Under the pieces are notes generated by a model that saw nothing but the letters and a program-made list of their open reading frames with translations, did no database searches and had not been told where the DNA came from. A stretch of 23,121 nt of DNA from Candidatus Helarchaeota archaeon (GTDB lineage Archaea > Asgardarchaeota > Lokiarchaeia > Helarchaeales > RDOG01), in contig JALGVI010000053.1 of the NCBI GenBank assembly GCA_029838215.1, positions 1 to 23,121 on the forward strand, in the 5' to 3' direction. The position numbers were made by a program, and so were the translations under genes. Below, one piece after another: positions 1 through 7,990 of the stretch (positions within the stretch are counted from its first letter, which is position 1; every line of letters begins with the position of its first letter).

Positions 1-1551
1 ATTTCAATAAATTCTTCAATCCCCAAATATGCGATTTTAAATGTCTTGGTAATGATTCCAATGTTTCCATTTGAAGGAAATTATACTGCGACCTTGACAA
101 TATCAAATGATGGACAAGAAATTTGCAATTTTACTTTATCTTTTTGCATTAGATATCCCCTGGCGCGTGCTTTATTTTATAGACCTTCTCCCGCTTTGTC
201 TCTTGAAGGATTTGAAGATTTCGAGTCGTTAGATCTTTTTCAATTATATGAAGCATTTACTAAACGTCTAGATACCATTTATGGTAATTTTTATCAGTTT
301 TATAACTTGATACGCAATTCTGGGGTGGATTTGGACGATTTCTCATTGTTGTCGGCATTAGACATGTCTGTAGAACTCAACTCAACAGTATTATCGCTTC
401 TCGATGCATTTATCATCTGTGATCCGTTGGTAAATCTCACGACATCAGAAATCAACAACCTCACGCAATTTGTCAATGATGGAAAGTCGCTATATATATG
501 GCTCGAACCCGATTCTGCTGGAATGGCATCGATCAGAACTCTGGTCGAAAATTTTGGCTTTAACGTTTCTGAATCTATTTCGAATGATACCTCCACTTTC
601 ACGGATTTTTACTCGCATCGTTTGACTTATAATCTCACCCAAGTTCAAGCTGAATCTTATATTTTCTTCAACATTACAGGTTCGGCATCTTCCATCATCA
701 ACTCATCAACTAATGATGTTTTTTCCTGCTTTCATGAAACTGATCCTGGAAACGATACTGTTGGTGGTGATTTCACAAACGGGCGTGTTTTGGCTGTAGG
801 CGATTCTGACCTATTCAAGAATTTCAATATTTCCTCAGAAGATAACTTGATATTTGCCAACAATACTATTCAATGGTTATTAACACGTAAAATCATTACA
901 GAGCTCAACATGCAAGGCGAAAAATACGAAAGCACCTTTCGATTAAACGAGTTCATCTATTTTTCCATCCATCTTGAAACAATACTCGGTACGAACGTGT
1001 TAACAAATGATACAATGGTTTTCGTGGTTTTTCTCTTCCCGGATAATACAAACCTGTTTTGGGTAGCATTACCGACAATTGATAGCTGGTACAACACGTT
1101 GTGGTTAGACAATTTCACGAATACTCCTGGACGGTATGGGATTGTATTCATGATAAATTCAAGCAACGCTTTAACCACGTTTCATTTCCAAGCATTTGAC
1201 ATTCTTCCCGCAGGAGAACCCGACACGTCTCCTTCATTGCCAGAAGTTCCCGATAGTAATCTCATTGGTGCCATTTTTGTCTTAACGATAATTAGTCTCA
1301 TTGCCCTAACTTTGATTCTAATTTTTCTGATGAATAGGTATGAACTAAGAAGACGAATGGAGGCAATCACCACCGAAAAGAAGAAGCGGGATTTGGGTAA
1401 CGTGGTAAGTAGTATTGTGGCATTAAATACCGAAATGCATCATGCCCTCTCAAATCCTAAGATTTCCGATGAAGAAAAGGTTCTCATCTTTAAATCAAGC
1501 ATGAAAAAACACAAGAAATTGTTGAAACAATCAAAGAAACTTGACATTTAG
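1..1551 (+). CDS. 5'-truncated membrane-anchored surface glycoprotein with a GldG/IFT52-like (GIFT, DUF4350-like) domain, C-terminal TM helix and basic cytoplasmic tail
   Basis: The frame is open from base 1 (no stop before 46), so the true start is outside the window. DAFIICDP...EINNLTQFVNDGKSLYIWLE and GRVLAVGDSDLF...DNLIFANNTIQWL resemble GldG/GIFT motifs. About 16 N-x-S/T sequons. Hydrophobic helix LIGAIFVLTIISLIALTLILIFLM near the C-terminus. Confidence 0.65.
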   Translation: MSINSSIPKYAILNVLVMIPMFPFEGNYTATLTISNDGQEICNFTLSFCIRYPLARALFYRPSPALSLEGFEDFESLDLFQLYEAFTKRLDTIYGNFYQFYNLIRNSGVDLDDFSLLSALDMSVELNSTVLSLLDAFIICDPLVNLTTSEINNLTQFVNDGKSLYIWLEPDSAGMASIRTLVENFGFNVSESISNDTSTFTDFYSHRLTYNLTQVQAESYIFFNITGSASSIINSSTNDVFSCFHETDPGNDTVGGDFTNGRVLAVGDSDLFKNFNISSEDNLIFANNTIQWLLTRKIITELNMQGEKYESTFRLNEFIYFSIHLETILGTNVLTNDTMVFVVFLFPDNTNLFWVALPTIDSWYNTLWLDNFTNTPGRYGIVFMINSSNALTTFHFQAFDILPAGEPDTSPSLPEVPDSNLIGAIFVLTIISLIALTLILIFLMNRYELRRRMEAITTEKKKRDLGNVVSSIVALNTEMHHALSNPKISDEEKVLIFKSSMKKHKKLLKQSKKLDI

Positions 1552-2729
1552 CTTGCGTTTTTTGATGCCCAACTTTCATATCTTTGTATCATGCGTGGAG
1601 AAATAGATCTTTTTACTGAAGAGATTGCCTCATGGATCATCTCTAGAGTTAGTGGAAGATCGTCCTTTTGCTCATCAGACGCAATGATCTTGCCAAAACG
1701 ATTTTCTTTTGCGCGCCGACACATCTCCTCAATATCAGACCCGCTATAATACCAACCATCTTCTGGTTTTGTTAATTCTGCGAGATGTTCGAAATTTATC
1801 TCTTCGCTTAAGACTAATTTTTTTGCTGTTAAATGAATTTTAAAAATCGCGGCTCTGGTTTCTTCATCTGGAGGCGGCACGTAGATTCGGTACGATACTC
1901 GCCCCGTACGTGCCAATGCGGGATGTAGAAGCTCGGGATCATTTGTTGCCATGAGAACAATAAAACCAGTTCCTGATTGAGCTCCGTCCATCTCTTGCTG
2001 GAACGTGCTCAGCGCTTGTCCCCCGACACCGGATGAATCGCTCGTTCGTGAAGGATCGGGAAGCAATTTGTCTATCTCATCAATAAATACAATGCTGGGA
2101 GCAAGTTTCGCACCGCATTGAAATATTTTTTTCACGGCTTTTGATGTTTCACCCACGTATTTATTATAAGTGGTTGCAGGACTTGCTATTAAAAGTTTCA
2201 CGCCGAATTCGCCTGCAGTACACTTGACCAAATAGGTTTTTCCACATCCGGGTGGTCCCACGAGTAAAATTCCTTTTGTTGATTCAAGACCGTGCTCCTG
2301 CATTTTTTCGGGATATTTCAGGCTCCATTCAATTGCCCGATGTAAAATGTCCTTAATTTTCTTAAGCCCAGCAAGCTTTTCAAAGTTCAATTTATTATTT
2401 TCGGGATCGTATCTTTCACCAACAGAACCACAATCTACTTTTGAAAGATCTCCACCCTTAACCTTGATAGCTTCATTTTCTTCAAAAACGGTTCCATCTG
2501 CAATGGCTTGGGCACGCTTGATGTATTTTTCTGCAGTTGCCAACCAACTTGATAATTGTGGCGATTTTGGTGCAATTTTCGCCAATTGATTGAGCACCTC
2601 TGCTGCTTCAATGTAGATATTTTTAGCCAGCTCGTAGCTTCCCATTTTCTCCATCTGTTGCGCTTGCAGGTTTAACTCATTTGCCTTATTCAGGAACTTC
2701 ATGATAGTTTCGTGGGACATTTTCTTCAC
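1548..2729 (-). CDS. MIT-domain AAA+ ATPase (Vps4/CdvC-like architecture); start may be the ATG at 2720
   Basis: N-terminal three-helix MIT-like segment (KANELNLQAQQMEKMGSYELAKNIYIEAAEVL...YIKRAQAI). Walker A GPPGCGKT, pore loop KYVGE, Walker B IVFIDEID, SRH ATNDPELLHPALARTGR, sensor-2 GSDIEEMC, C-terminal SISPRMIQRYESW helix. Its stop overlaps the stop of the convergent upstream gene. Confidence 0.8.
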   Translation of the reverse strand: MKKMSHETIMKFLNKANELNLQAQQMEKMGSYELAKNIYIEAAEVLNQLAKIAPKSPQLSSWLATAEKYIKRAQAIADGTVFEENEAIKVKGGDLSKVDCGSVGERYDPENNKLNFEKLAGLKKIKDILHRAIEWSLKYPEKMQEHGLESTKGILLVGPPGCGKTYLVKCTAGEFGVKLLIASPATTYNKYVGETSKAVKKIFQCGAKLAPSIVFIDEIDKLLPDPSRTSDSSGVGGQALSTFQQEMDGAQSGTGFIVLMATNDPELLHPALARTGRVSYRIYVPPPDEETRAAIFKIHLTAKKLVLSEEINFEHLAELTKPEDGWYYSGSDIEEMCRRAKENRFGKIIASDEQKDDLPLTLEMIHEAISSVKRSISPRMIQRYESWASKNAS

Positions 2730-3056
2730 GTTTCCTAATTATTGCTTTTTCAAATTATCTAGCCTGAAATTACGAGCTATAATATAAAAAATGAAACTAA
2801 TATTTTTTTAGATCATGGAAATCAATTATCTTTCTACACGGGTAAAATTCGGCTAAACTATTCTAAAGCTTGCAGGAGAAACCATTTATTCGTGGTATTA
2901 CTGTTTCCTGTTGAGAGTTTTTCTAAAATTTTACAAGCAATATGAATGATGAAAAGCGAAGAGGACTCGAAATTTTTTCCTTCCGAAAATCGTGCTAAAT
3001 TAATATTTAGTTGATGGATAATAAAATATCATGATTCCTGCTTTTTTGGTGATTGA

Positions 3057-3926
3057 ATGATATTAGTTGATGACGAAACCAGGGTTCTCGTTCAAAATAT
3101 GACCGGACGACAAGGATCATTTCATACAAGAGTAATGAAGTCTTATGGCACGAAGATCGTGGCTGGAACATCAAAGTCTCAAGGTTCATCGGAATTTGAC
3201 GGATTTCCTGTCTATATATCCGTCCAAGACGCTGTAAAAGAACACGAAATAGATGCATCGATCATTTTCGTTCCTGCTCGTTTTTGTAAGAGTGCCGTGA
3301 TGGAAGCCATTCAAGCAAGAATTCCCCTCATCGTCATAATCACGGAAGGACTTCCAGTATACGATGAAATGGAATTCGTGCACGCTGCAGGAAAGAAGGG
3401 CTTGAGAATTATAGGTCCCAATACACCAGGAATCATTTCACCCGGTCACTCGAAATTAGGGATCATGCCTGAGAAATATTTTACTGAAGGCAACATTGGG
3501 ATTTGTTCCCGATCGGGAACTCTTACCTACGAAGTTGCCCTCAATCTTGGAGATCACGGCATCTCTACGGCTGTAGGAATCGGGGGCGATCCAATCACGG
3601 GAATGACATATTCCGAGATTCTTCGGCTTTTCGAACAAGATGATAAAACAAAAGCCATTTTTTTGATTGGTGAAATAGGAGGTCGTCAAGAAGAGATGGC
3701 AGCAACGTGTATCAAGGAAGAAATCACGAAACCTGTATTTGCCTTTATTGCGGGTTCCTCTATCAATATAAGTGGAAAGAGATTCGGTCATGCTGGAGCA
3801 TTAATCTCGGGGGATTTTGGCACGGCAACAAGTAAAAAGAAGGCACTTCAACAAGCAAGTGCAATAATTGTCGAACAGCCGTTTCTTGCAGGTGAAACGA
3901 TTACTTCATATTTTGGAGGTCAGTAG
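3057..3926 (+). CDS. sucD: Succinyl-CoA synthetase (ADP/GDP-forming acyl-CoA ligase) alpha subunit
   Basis: TRVLVQNMTGRQGSFH, IIFVPA, IIGPNTPGII, SRSGTLTYE, GIGGDP, IGEIGG and the phospho-His motif FGHAGA. GGTGA SD upstream of the ATG. Confidence 0.93.
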   Translation: MILVDDETRVLVQNMTGRQGSFHTRVMKSYGTKIVAGTSKSQGSSEFDGFPVYISVQDAVKEHEIDASIIFVPARFCKSAVMEAIQARIPLIVIITEGLPVYDEMEFVHAAGKKGLRIIGPNTPGIISPGHSKLGIMPEKYFTEGNIGICSRSGTLTYEVALNLGDHGISTAVGIGGDPITGMTYSEILRLFEQDDKTKAIFLIGEIGGRQEEMAATCIKEEITKPVFAFIAGSSINISGKRFGHAGALISGDFGTATSKKKALQQASAIIVEQPFLAGETITSYFGGQ

Positions 3927-5051
3927 ATGGTTCGTCTATTTGAATATCAAGCAAAGAGATTTTTGAAGCAGGCAGGAATATCAATTCCAAAATCTGAATT
4001 GATACGCGACTTGCCTGAAAACCCCCCGCCCATTAAATTCCCCGCAATGTTAAAAGCTCAGGTGTTAACTGGAGGGCGCAAAAAAGCAGGTGGCGTGGTT
4101 GAAGTGGAAGATTTTTCTGACCTTCGACAACAGTATTTGACTCTTAAAGATAAAAAAATCCGTGGTTTTTCAATAGATTCATTTCTTTTGGAAGAAAAAA
4201 TCCCATTTGATGTTGAATTTTATTTTTCAATTTTAATAGATCGGGATGAAAAACGCCCACTTTTGTTATTTAGCCAAGAAGGGGGGATTGATATTGAAGA
4301 AACCGCTCCTGAGCTAATTTATAAAAAACCATTACCCCCTGTAAGAAAACCTCTGGCTGAGCTCTTGACCGATCTTGAATTAAAGATTTCGCTTGAACAC
4401 GAAATTATTTCTAAGCTTCGAGAATTCATTAATCAATGTTGGAATTTAGCTTGGGAATTGGATGCTGAACTCTTGGAAATCAATCCTCTCGTGATTGGTC
4501 CCGACAAGAATTTATTGGCTCTTGACGTTCACGTAAAACTCGATGAGAATGCACTTTTCAGGCATGGTGAATTTGAAGAAAACTTACGCAGGGAATTTAC
4601 TGCTGACGAGTGGAGTGCACGAGAGAAAGGAATGGCACTCGTAGAACTTGAACAAAAAGAAGGTGTTGGAATCATCTGTAACGGAGCGGGTTTAGTAATG
4701 GCAACGATGGATGCCGTCAAGAAGCAAGGGGGAACACCCATTAATTTTCTTGACATTGGTGGTGGTGCTGATCGAACCCGGATCTTGCATGCTCTTAATT
4801 TAATTTCAAAGAATAAAAACGCAAAAATCATTCTCGTGAATATCTTTGGTGGCATAACGAGATGTGATGAAATTGCTCACGGAATCATTGAATTTAAGAC
4901 TAAATCTTCTCGAGAGCTGCTCATCAGAATGATAGGAACTAACTTCGAAAAAGGCAAGGAAATGCTCGCAGAGAAAAACATCCCAAGCTTCCGAACAATG
5001 CCTGAAGTCCTTGAAGCATTAAAAACAAAAATTCGTGAAATAAATTTATAA
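3927..5051 (+). CDS. sucC: Succinyl-CoA synthetase beta subunit
   Basis: LFEYQAK, KAQVLTGGRKKAGGV, GGIDIEE, LEINPL, CNGAGLVMATMD, NFLDIGGGA, NIFGGITRCD. The ATG directly follows the sucD stop (TAGATG). Confidence 0.93.
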   Translation: MVRLFEYQAKRFLKQAGISIPKSELIRDLPENPPPIKFPAMLKAQVLTGGRKKAGGVVEVEDFSDLRQQYLTLKDKKIRGFSIDSFLLEEKIPFDVEFYFSILIDRDEKRPLLLFSQEGGIDIEETAPELIYKKPLPPVRKPLAELLTDLELKISLEHEIISKLREFINQCWNLAWELDAELLEINPLVIGPDKNLLALDVHVKLDENALFRHGEFEENLRREFTADEWSAREKGMALVELEQKEGVGIICNGAGLVMATMDAVKKQGGTPINFLDIGGGADRTRILHALNLISKNKNAKIILVNIFGGITRCDEIAHGIIEFKTKSSRELLIRMIGTNFEKGKEMLAEKNIPSFRTMPEVLEALKTKIREINL

Positions 5052-5058
5052 TAGATAA

Positions 5059-5907
5059 TTATTTGTCAATTAATCCGCGTAAGACCTTAAGATTTCTGAC
5101 ATCCTCTGTCATTTCCTTATCTTTAGGTGTTTCTAAAACACCCGGATGATCTTTGAACCTCTTATCATTAAGTAATAGTTTAAAAGCATTCAGCCCAATT
5201 TTCCCCTGACCAATGTGTGCGTGCCGATCTTTTCGGGAGCCAATTGCGCCCATGGAATCATTTAGATGGAATGCAAGTAACTTATCCAGACCTATGATGC
5301 TGTCGAACTCTTCCCAAAGTGCCTCATAACGTTTTTCATTCCTAAAATCATGGCCACCAGCAAATGCATGACAGGTATCAAAACAAATTCCGAGCCGATC
5401 TGCTTCCGTGACTTTTTTAATGATTCCTTGTAATTCTTCGAATTTTCTTCCAATATTCGTGCCCTGACCCGCAACATTTTCAAGGAGAATCTTGACTTTT
5501 AGACCTTCCGTCCTTTCGTGAATGCCATTAATTGACTTCGCAATTCGATTCATGCCTTTTTGTATTCCGACTCCAAGATGAGATCCCGGGTGCAACACCA
5601 CCCACGGTAATCCTATTTTCTCTGCTCGTTGAAGTTCGTCTATCATTCCGTCAAAGCTTTTCTTGTATTTTTCTTCATCAAGAGTCGCCAAATTAATTAA
5701 ATACGATGCATGCACGAAGATCGGATGAATGGTTGTCTGGTTTTTCTTTGCCAAAAATTTTTCCCGCTCTTCCTCTGAAATTGGTTTTGATTTCCATGAA
5801 CGATTGCTCTTCGTGAAAATCTGGATGGACTCACAATTTATTTGTTCTCCTCGTTCTATTGCTTTCCACAACCCGCCCGTGATCATCATGTGCGCGCCTA
5901 AACGCAT
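5059..5907 (-). CDS. nfo: Endonuclease IV (AP endonuclease family 2)
   Basis: RLGAH, HASYLINL, HPGSH, LLENVAGQG, CFDTCHAFAGG, FHLNDS, DRHAHIGQG and LETP match the Zn-binding motifs of Nfo. Confidence 0.95.
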   Translation of the reverse strand: MRLGAHMMITGGLWKAIERGEQINCESIQIFTKSNRSWKSKPISEEEREKFLAKKNQTTIHPIFVHASYLINLATLDEEKYKKSFDGMIDELQRAEKIGLPWVVLHPGSHLGVGIQKGMNRIAKSINGIHERTEGLKVKILLENVAGQGTNIGRKFEELQGIIKKVTEADRLGICFDTCHAFAGGHDFRNEKRYEALWEEFDSIIGLDKLLAFHLNDSMGAIGSRKDRHAHIGQGKIGLNAFKLLLNDKRFKDHPGVLETPKDKEMTEDVRNLKVLRGLIDK

Positions 5908-5934
5908 CCATAAAACCTCTAATTCTTTTCCTTA

Positions 5935-6450
5935 TTAATTTCTTAGAAAAATTATTAACTTTTTAAATCTCTCATCGTCATTATTTAAAATATCAAAATT
6001 AAGTTGATCTACGAATTCTGGCAGGTTTCGTTTCTCATATCTCCTCCCCTGATCTCTTTCTAGATTTCTGCTCAAAGCCACTGATGGTTTAAGACCCCTT
6101 AATCTATATTCCAAAGATTTACAAATCCATTCTTCTATTTCATCTTCAAAAATTAGGAGCTCCACTCTATCTCGTAAATCTCTAGGAACATGGTTTAATA
6201 GAATTCTTCTTTTATTTTCGGGATTCCCATCACCATCATGAATAACGATGGCTTTGACAAAGTCCCTTGTACTAAATTTGAAAGTGGTCGTTAATATTCT
6301 ATCGAGTTTTTTATTGCAAGCAGCAGGAGCTCTATCTGCGTCAATGCGAACTTCTGTTGGTATTAAATCTTCTATTTTTAGTCTATTTATTAATTTTTTA
6401 AAAAATTCAATACCATAAGTATCTTCAACCAAGAATTTAAAGATTACCAT
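5935..6450 (-). CDS. Small TOPRIM-like protein (DUF4276/DUF3226-like), putative nuclease partner of the ABC ATPase
   Basis: Strand-Glu motif FLVEDTYG near the N-terminus, a DxD motif IVIHDGDG, and a later EDEIEEW. ATG at 6450 has AAGGA upstream and overlaps the ATPase stop by 14 bp; the ORF track extends to a GTG at 6465. Confidence 0.6.
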   Translation of the reverse strand: MVIFKFLVEDTYGIEFFKKLINRLKIEDLIPTEVRIDADRAPAACNKKLDRILTTTFKFSTRDFVKAIVIHDGDGNPENKRRILLNHVPRDLRDRVELLIFEDEIEEWICKSLEYRLRGLKPSVALSRNLERDQGRRYEKRNLPEFVDQLNFDILNNDDERFKKLIIFLRN

Positions 6451-7813
6451 ACAGCCATCCTTCACTAAACGTTATCCCTGCATCTTGTAATTTCTTCCTA
6501 GCGGCTGTAGGATCTTTAATTCTTCTAAATTTTGTTTCTCCTGCCTTTTTTTCGGCAATGATTAAATCCTTCGGATCTGTCATGTCCACGACAACTGGAG
6601 AATGTGTTGTTACGATTGACATTGTATCTGCAGATTTAAACTCGTCTAAAATTTTCTCAAGAGCCTTCGGGTATAAAGAATTCTCAATTTCATCTACTAT
6701 CAAAATCGATGATTTCAATTCTAATGCCGAGGAGATCGACAAAATTTTATAGATTCCATCGGCGATGCAAACTGGAGGTAATTCCAAGTCATTTTCAAGA
6801 ATTTTAGCATAAACCCTTTGATCATCTGTTAATGAAAATTTCACTTCAATTTCGGGAAATAAACGCGATAAGATTCTCACAATCCCATCCGGGATCCCTC
6901 CTTCTTTAAGGTATAGGTTATATAAGACCGTATTTGTGGTGCTTCCATCCTCTAATAGCCATTCCTCCTTTTTAATAGGGACAAGTCTTTTTATCTCCGT
7001 GATATTTAGTTTTAAGACAAGAATTTTCGAGAAGAATTCAATTATCATATCTGTGACTTGTCTTAAAAGATAATATCCCCTTGTAGTGTGCTTTTTTCTA
7101 TTGGGTGATTTTTTTATTGGAACATCAAAAACCATTATCACGTTTCTAAAATTTTTGGAATGCAGTTCAGGCTCTGAATTGAGAATATAAGATACAAATT
7201 TTTTTTGTGGTGTAATATCAAATAGAAATGGTGAAGATAACCTCGGCTTTAATGCTTCAAATAGGTCTCTTGATTGAATCCAAATGTTTTGCTCTCGGAA
7301 TTGACTTGCATCCGAAAATTGTTCTCCACCTCGGAGTATAAATTCTCTTAAATCGTTTCTTTTTTTCATCAATCCATCTATCTCGTCCCATATTTTGTCA
7401 AAATATTCCTTTTCATAAACGAATTTCAAGCGATTGTTTTCGAATGTTAACTTGAAAAAGCCCTTTATTTCAAGTTTCTCCTTTAATATTCTAAATTGTC
7501 CACCAATTCCCGTAAAAGTTGTCTGAAAAATAATGTCGTAGGATTTTTCTTTGGTTTTCAAATTGAAAAATAACTTCACGGAAATATTTTCTTCTTCCTT
7601 CTTGTTCCAAACGGCATTTTGATAACCCCACCAATATCTAAATGGATTCATGTTTTTTTCGGTATAGATTTTCCTCAAAAGTAGAAATAAGTCAACGAGA
7701 TTTGTCTTACCAGAGGAGTTTGCACCGATTAAAACGTTAAATTTTCCCAGTTTAATTTGGCAATCTCGAAGGCTTTTAAAATTCATTACATGAATCTTTT
7801 TTAATTTTAACAT
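6437..7813 (-). CDS. ABC/RecF-SMC-type ATPase (AAA_21/AAA_15, COG4637-like)
   Basis: KIHVMNFKSL, Walker A GANSSGKT, degenerate signature IADG, Walker B ILIVDEIEN, H-loop VTTHSP, and a long insertion between the two halves. Confidence 0.85.
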   Translation of the reverse strand: MLKLKKIHVMNFKSLRDCQIKLGKFNVLIGANSSGKTNLVDLFLLLRKIYTEKNMNPFRYWWGYQNAVWNKKEEENISVKLFFNLKTKEKSYDIIFQTTFTGIGGQFRILKEKLEIKGFFKLTFENNRLKFVYEKEYFDKIWDEIDGLMKKRNDLREFILRGGEQFSDASQFREQNIWIQSRDLFEALKPRLSSPFLFDITPQKKFVSYILNSEPELHSKNFRNVIMVFDVPIKKSPNRKKHTTRGYYLLRQVTDMIIEFFSKILVLKLNITEIKRLVPIKKEEWLLEDGSTTNTVLYNLYLKEGGIPDGIVRILSRLFPEIEVKFSLTDDQRVYAKILENDLELPPVCIADGIYKILSISSALELKSSILIVDEIENSLYPKALEKILDEFKSADTMSIVTTHSPVVVDMTDPKDLIIAEKKAGETKFRRIKDPTAARKKLQDAGITFSEGWLYGNL

Positions 7814-7990
7814 GATGGTTCACTTTTAGAGGAATTTTTAAAAAAATTTAGAACATCATTTCGAATATTTATTGCTTTTTGATAATAAGATTTGCTTTGC
7901 AAAAACTAAAAAAGAAGACTCTTGAAAATCAATATACAAATTCAAGTTATTTTGAGATTTTTTAAATGATTATTTCCGGTGAGGAAGAGA

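Noticed and set aside
2995-3010. CTAAAT-N4-ATTTAG inverted repeat upstream of sucD
   Set aside because: Six-bp AT-rich arms are expected by chance at this composition.
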